Below are positions 22,656-24,000 of a stretch of 24,000 nucleotides of DNA, piece by piece; position 1 is the first letter of the stretch, and every line of letters begins with the position of its first letter. The stretch comes from an uncultured Methanosarcinaceae archaeon (GTDB lineage: Archaea; Halobacteriota; Methanosarcinia; Methanosarcinales; Methanosarcinaceae): assembly GCA_963847185.1 (NCBI GenBank), contig CAWJYV010000009.1, forward strand, positions 20,647-44,646. Reading direction: 5' to 3'. The position numbers and the translations under genes were made by a program. Under the pieces are notes generated by a model. The model saw only the letters and a list, made by a program, of their open reading frames with translations. It ran no database searches and was not told the DNA's origin.

Positions 22656-23855
22656 ATGTTCCCTAAAGAATTCAGATACAGTCCAAGAAACCTCAAGGAT
22701 CTTTTGACTGAGATGAAGGATACTTCCGAACTCATGGTAGACCTTGCATACTCTGCAGTGATCTATGATGACGAGGACATTGCAGAAGAAGTACTTAATC
22801 TTGAAGACAAGATGGATACCCTTGATTATCATATGAAGATGGCCGCGATGTTAACAACGCGCAGGGTTGACGAAGCTGAAGGACTTCTTGGAGTTTTGGG
22901 AGTTGCGGCGTCTTCGGAAAACATCGCAAATGCCGCAGGGGATATCGCCAAAATAGTTCTTATGAATATGGGCATCCCGATGGAATTGAAGGTAGCTCTC
23001 AGGGAAGCGGAAGAAACCGTAGTCAGGGCAACAGTTGCTTCAGAATCCTTAATGGTAGGGCGCACCCTTGGAGACCTCGAACTCGATATCGAAACTGGTA
23101 TGTGGGTTATTGCTATCCGGAGAAATGAAGATTGGATTTATGACCCTGACCAGGAAACCCGTCTCCGCCAGGGAGATGTTTTGATTGCCAGAGGACACGA
23201 TGAGGGAGTTCCGCTGTTTTTCGAAATGGCCACGACAAGAAAATTCATTCCAAAAGAAATAGAGCACAATAAAGTCCTGAAAGACCTTCAACATGCTGTG
23301 GATATCATCGTGGACATGAAGAATATGTCCGAACTATCCGTAGGGCTTGCATACTCTGCTATCCTTTTTGATAACGAGGATATTGCCTATGAGGTCAGTG
23401 CTCTTGAGTCGGAAATGGACTCAATGAAGTATGAACTTCAGCATTGGGTGCTTGAGACTGCAAAACATGTAGAAGATGTAAACATGCTAAGGGGAATCCT
23501 GCACCTTGCAAGTGCCTCTGAAGCTATTTCCGATGCAGCCTACGGAATTGCAGATACCGTGCTCAGAGATATCGAACTCCACCCGATTATCACTCTTGCA
23601 GTCCGAAATTCCGAAGAGGTTATCACAAGGCTCCAGGTTGAAAAGTGTTCTCCGATAGTCGGGAAAAACTTTTCCGAGCTTAAGCTTGAGACTGAAACAG
23701 GGTTGCATGTGATGGCAATCAAGAGGGCTGAGCGGTGGGTATATGCTCCCAAGGGCAATACAATTGTCCAGGCAGGAGATACGCTTATTGCACGCGGTTC
23801 GCGGATCGGAGAAGGGGCACTTATAGAGCTATGCGAATGCAAACTACGTGAGTAA
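22656..23855 (+). CDS. duplicated PhoU-like plus TrkA-C (RCK_C) domain regulatory protein
   Basis: 399 aa made of two homologous halves. Each half has a helical PhoU-like segment (SELMVDLAYSAVIYDDEDIAEEV / SELSVGLAYSAILFDNEDIAYEV) followed by a TrkA-C-like segment (GRTLGDLELDIETGMWVIAIRR / GKNFSELKLETETGLHVMAIKR). Confidence 0.75.
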   Translation: MFPKEFRYSPRNLKDLLTEMKDTSELMVDLAYSAVIYDDEDIAEEVLNLEDKMDTLDYHMKMAAMLTTRRVDEAEGLLGVLGVAASSENIANAAGDIAKIVLMNMGIPMELKVALREAEETVVRATVASESLMVGRTLGDLELDIETGMWVIAIRRNEDWIYDPDQETRLRQGDVLIARGHDEGVPLFFEMATTRKFIPKEIEHNKVLKDLQHAVDIIVDMKNMSELSVGLAYSAILFDNEDIAYEVSALESEMDSMKYELQHWVLETAKHVEDVNMLRGILHLASASEAISDAAYGIADTVLRDIELHPIITLAVRNSEEVITRLQVEKCSPIVGKNFSELKLETETGLHVMAIKRAERWVYAPKGNTIVQAGDTLIARGSRIGEGALIELCECKLRE

Positions 23856-24000
23856 ATCACGTAAATAAAACCATAGAACTCGTATTTTGCTTCCGTAACT
23901 GATCGTTCTTCCTTTTTACTTTAGCTAAAACATAGGTTAATTTTCTGTAAATAGGCTACCTCTTCATGAAAAATACGATCCTGCATAAGGCGGTATGTAA

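Noticed and set aside
23761-23768. A fourth ACAATTGT core inside the TrkA-C gene
   Set aside because: It is only the 8-mer core without the flanking palindrome arms, and it lies inside a coding region far from the module. This is compatible with chance.

Overview
The window appears to be archaeal and Methanosarcinaceae-like (AT-rich, archaeal GHMP-type shikimate kinase, hgcAB). The taxon is an inference only.

- **1-3160:** partial PhoU/AbrB-type regulator (minus strand). It is followed by an aroK / chorismate mutase / purE-like operon and an ~830-bp AT-rich gap. The gap holds a 28-bp tandem repeat, a G12 tract and nested hairpins.
- **3163-6071 (minus):** a nitrogenase-like K-type gene and a D-type gene. 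The D-type gene is broken by a 1-nt frameshift.
- **6.3-9.7 kb:** an accessory patch with an OYE-like gene stub, a HepT/MntA toxin-antitoxin pair, orphan or broken ORFs, and an IS630-family element with an A7 slippery site.
- **9.7-11.9 kb (minus):** DUF3795 gene, then hgcB, hgcA (the mercury-methylation pair) and a cysteine-rich AbrB/SpoVT-domain gene packed as one operon.
- **12123-13031 (plus):** a divergently transcribed nifH-like gene.
- **13.0-24.0 kb:** a MITE-like inverted-repeat element, a small orphan-ORF plus wHTH module with ACAATTGT-core palindromes, a decayed IS1-family relic with a 17-bp x3 tandem repeat, a flavoprotein, a UbiB/ABC1 kinase, a LonA-type protease, MarR, a split MgtE-like transporter pair and a duplicated PhoU/TrkA-C regulator.

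The most interesting point is that the nifH-like and nifD-like promoters lie 6 kb apart yet share two identical motifs at identical spacing upstream of their TATA boxes. This implies one regulon whose two halves bracket hgcAB. All calls come from manual reading only; no database search was run.
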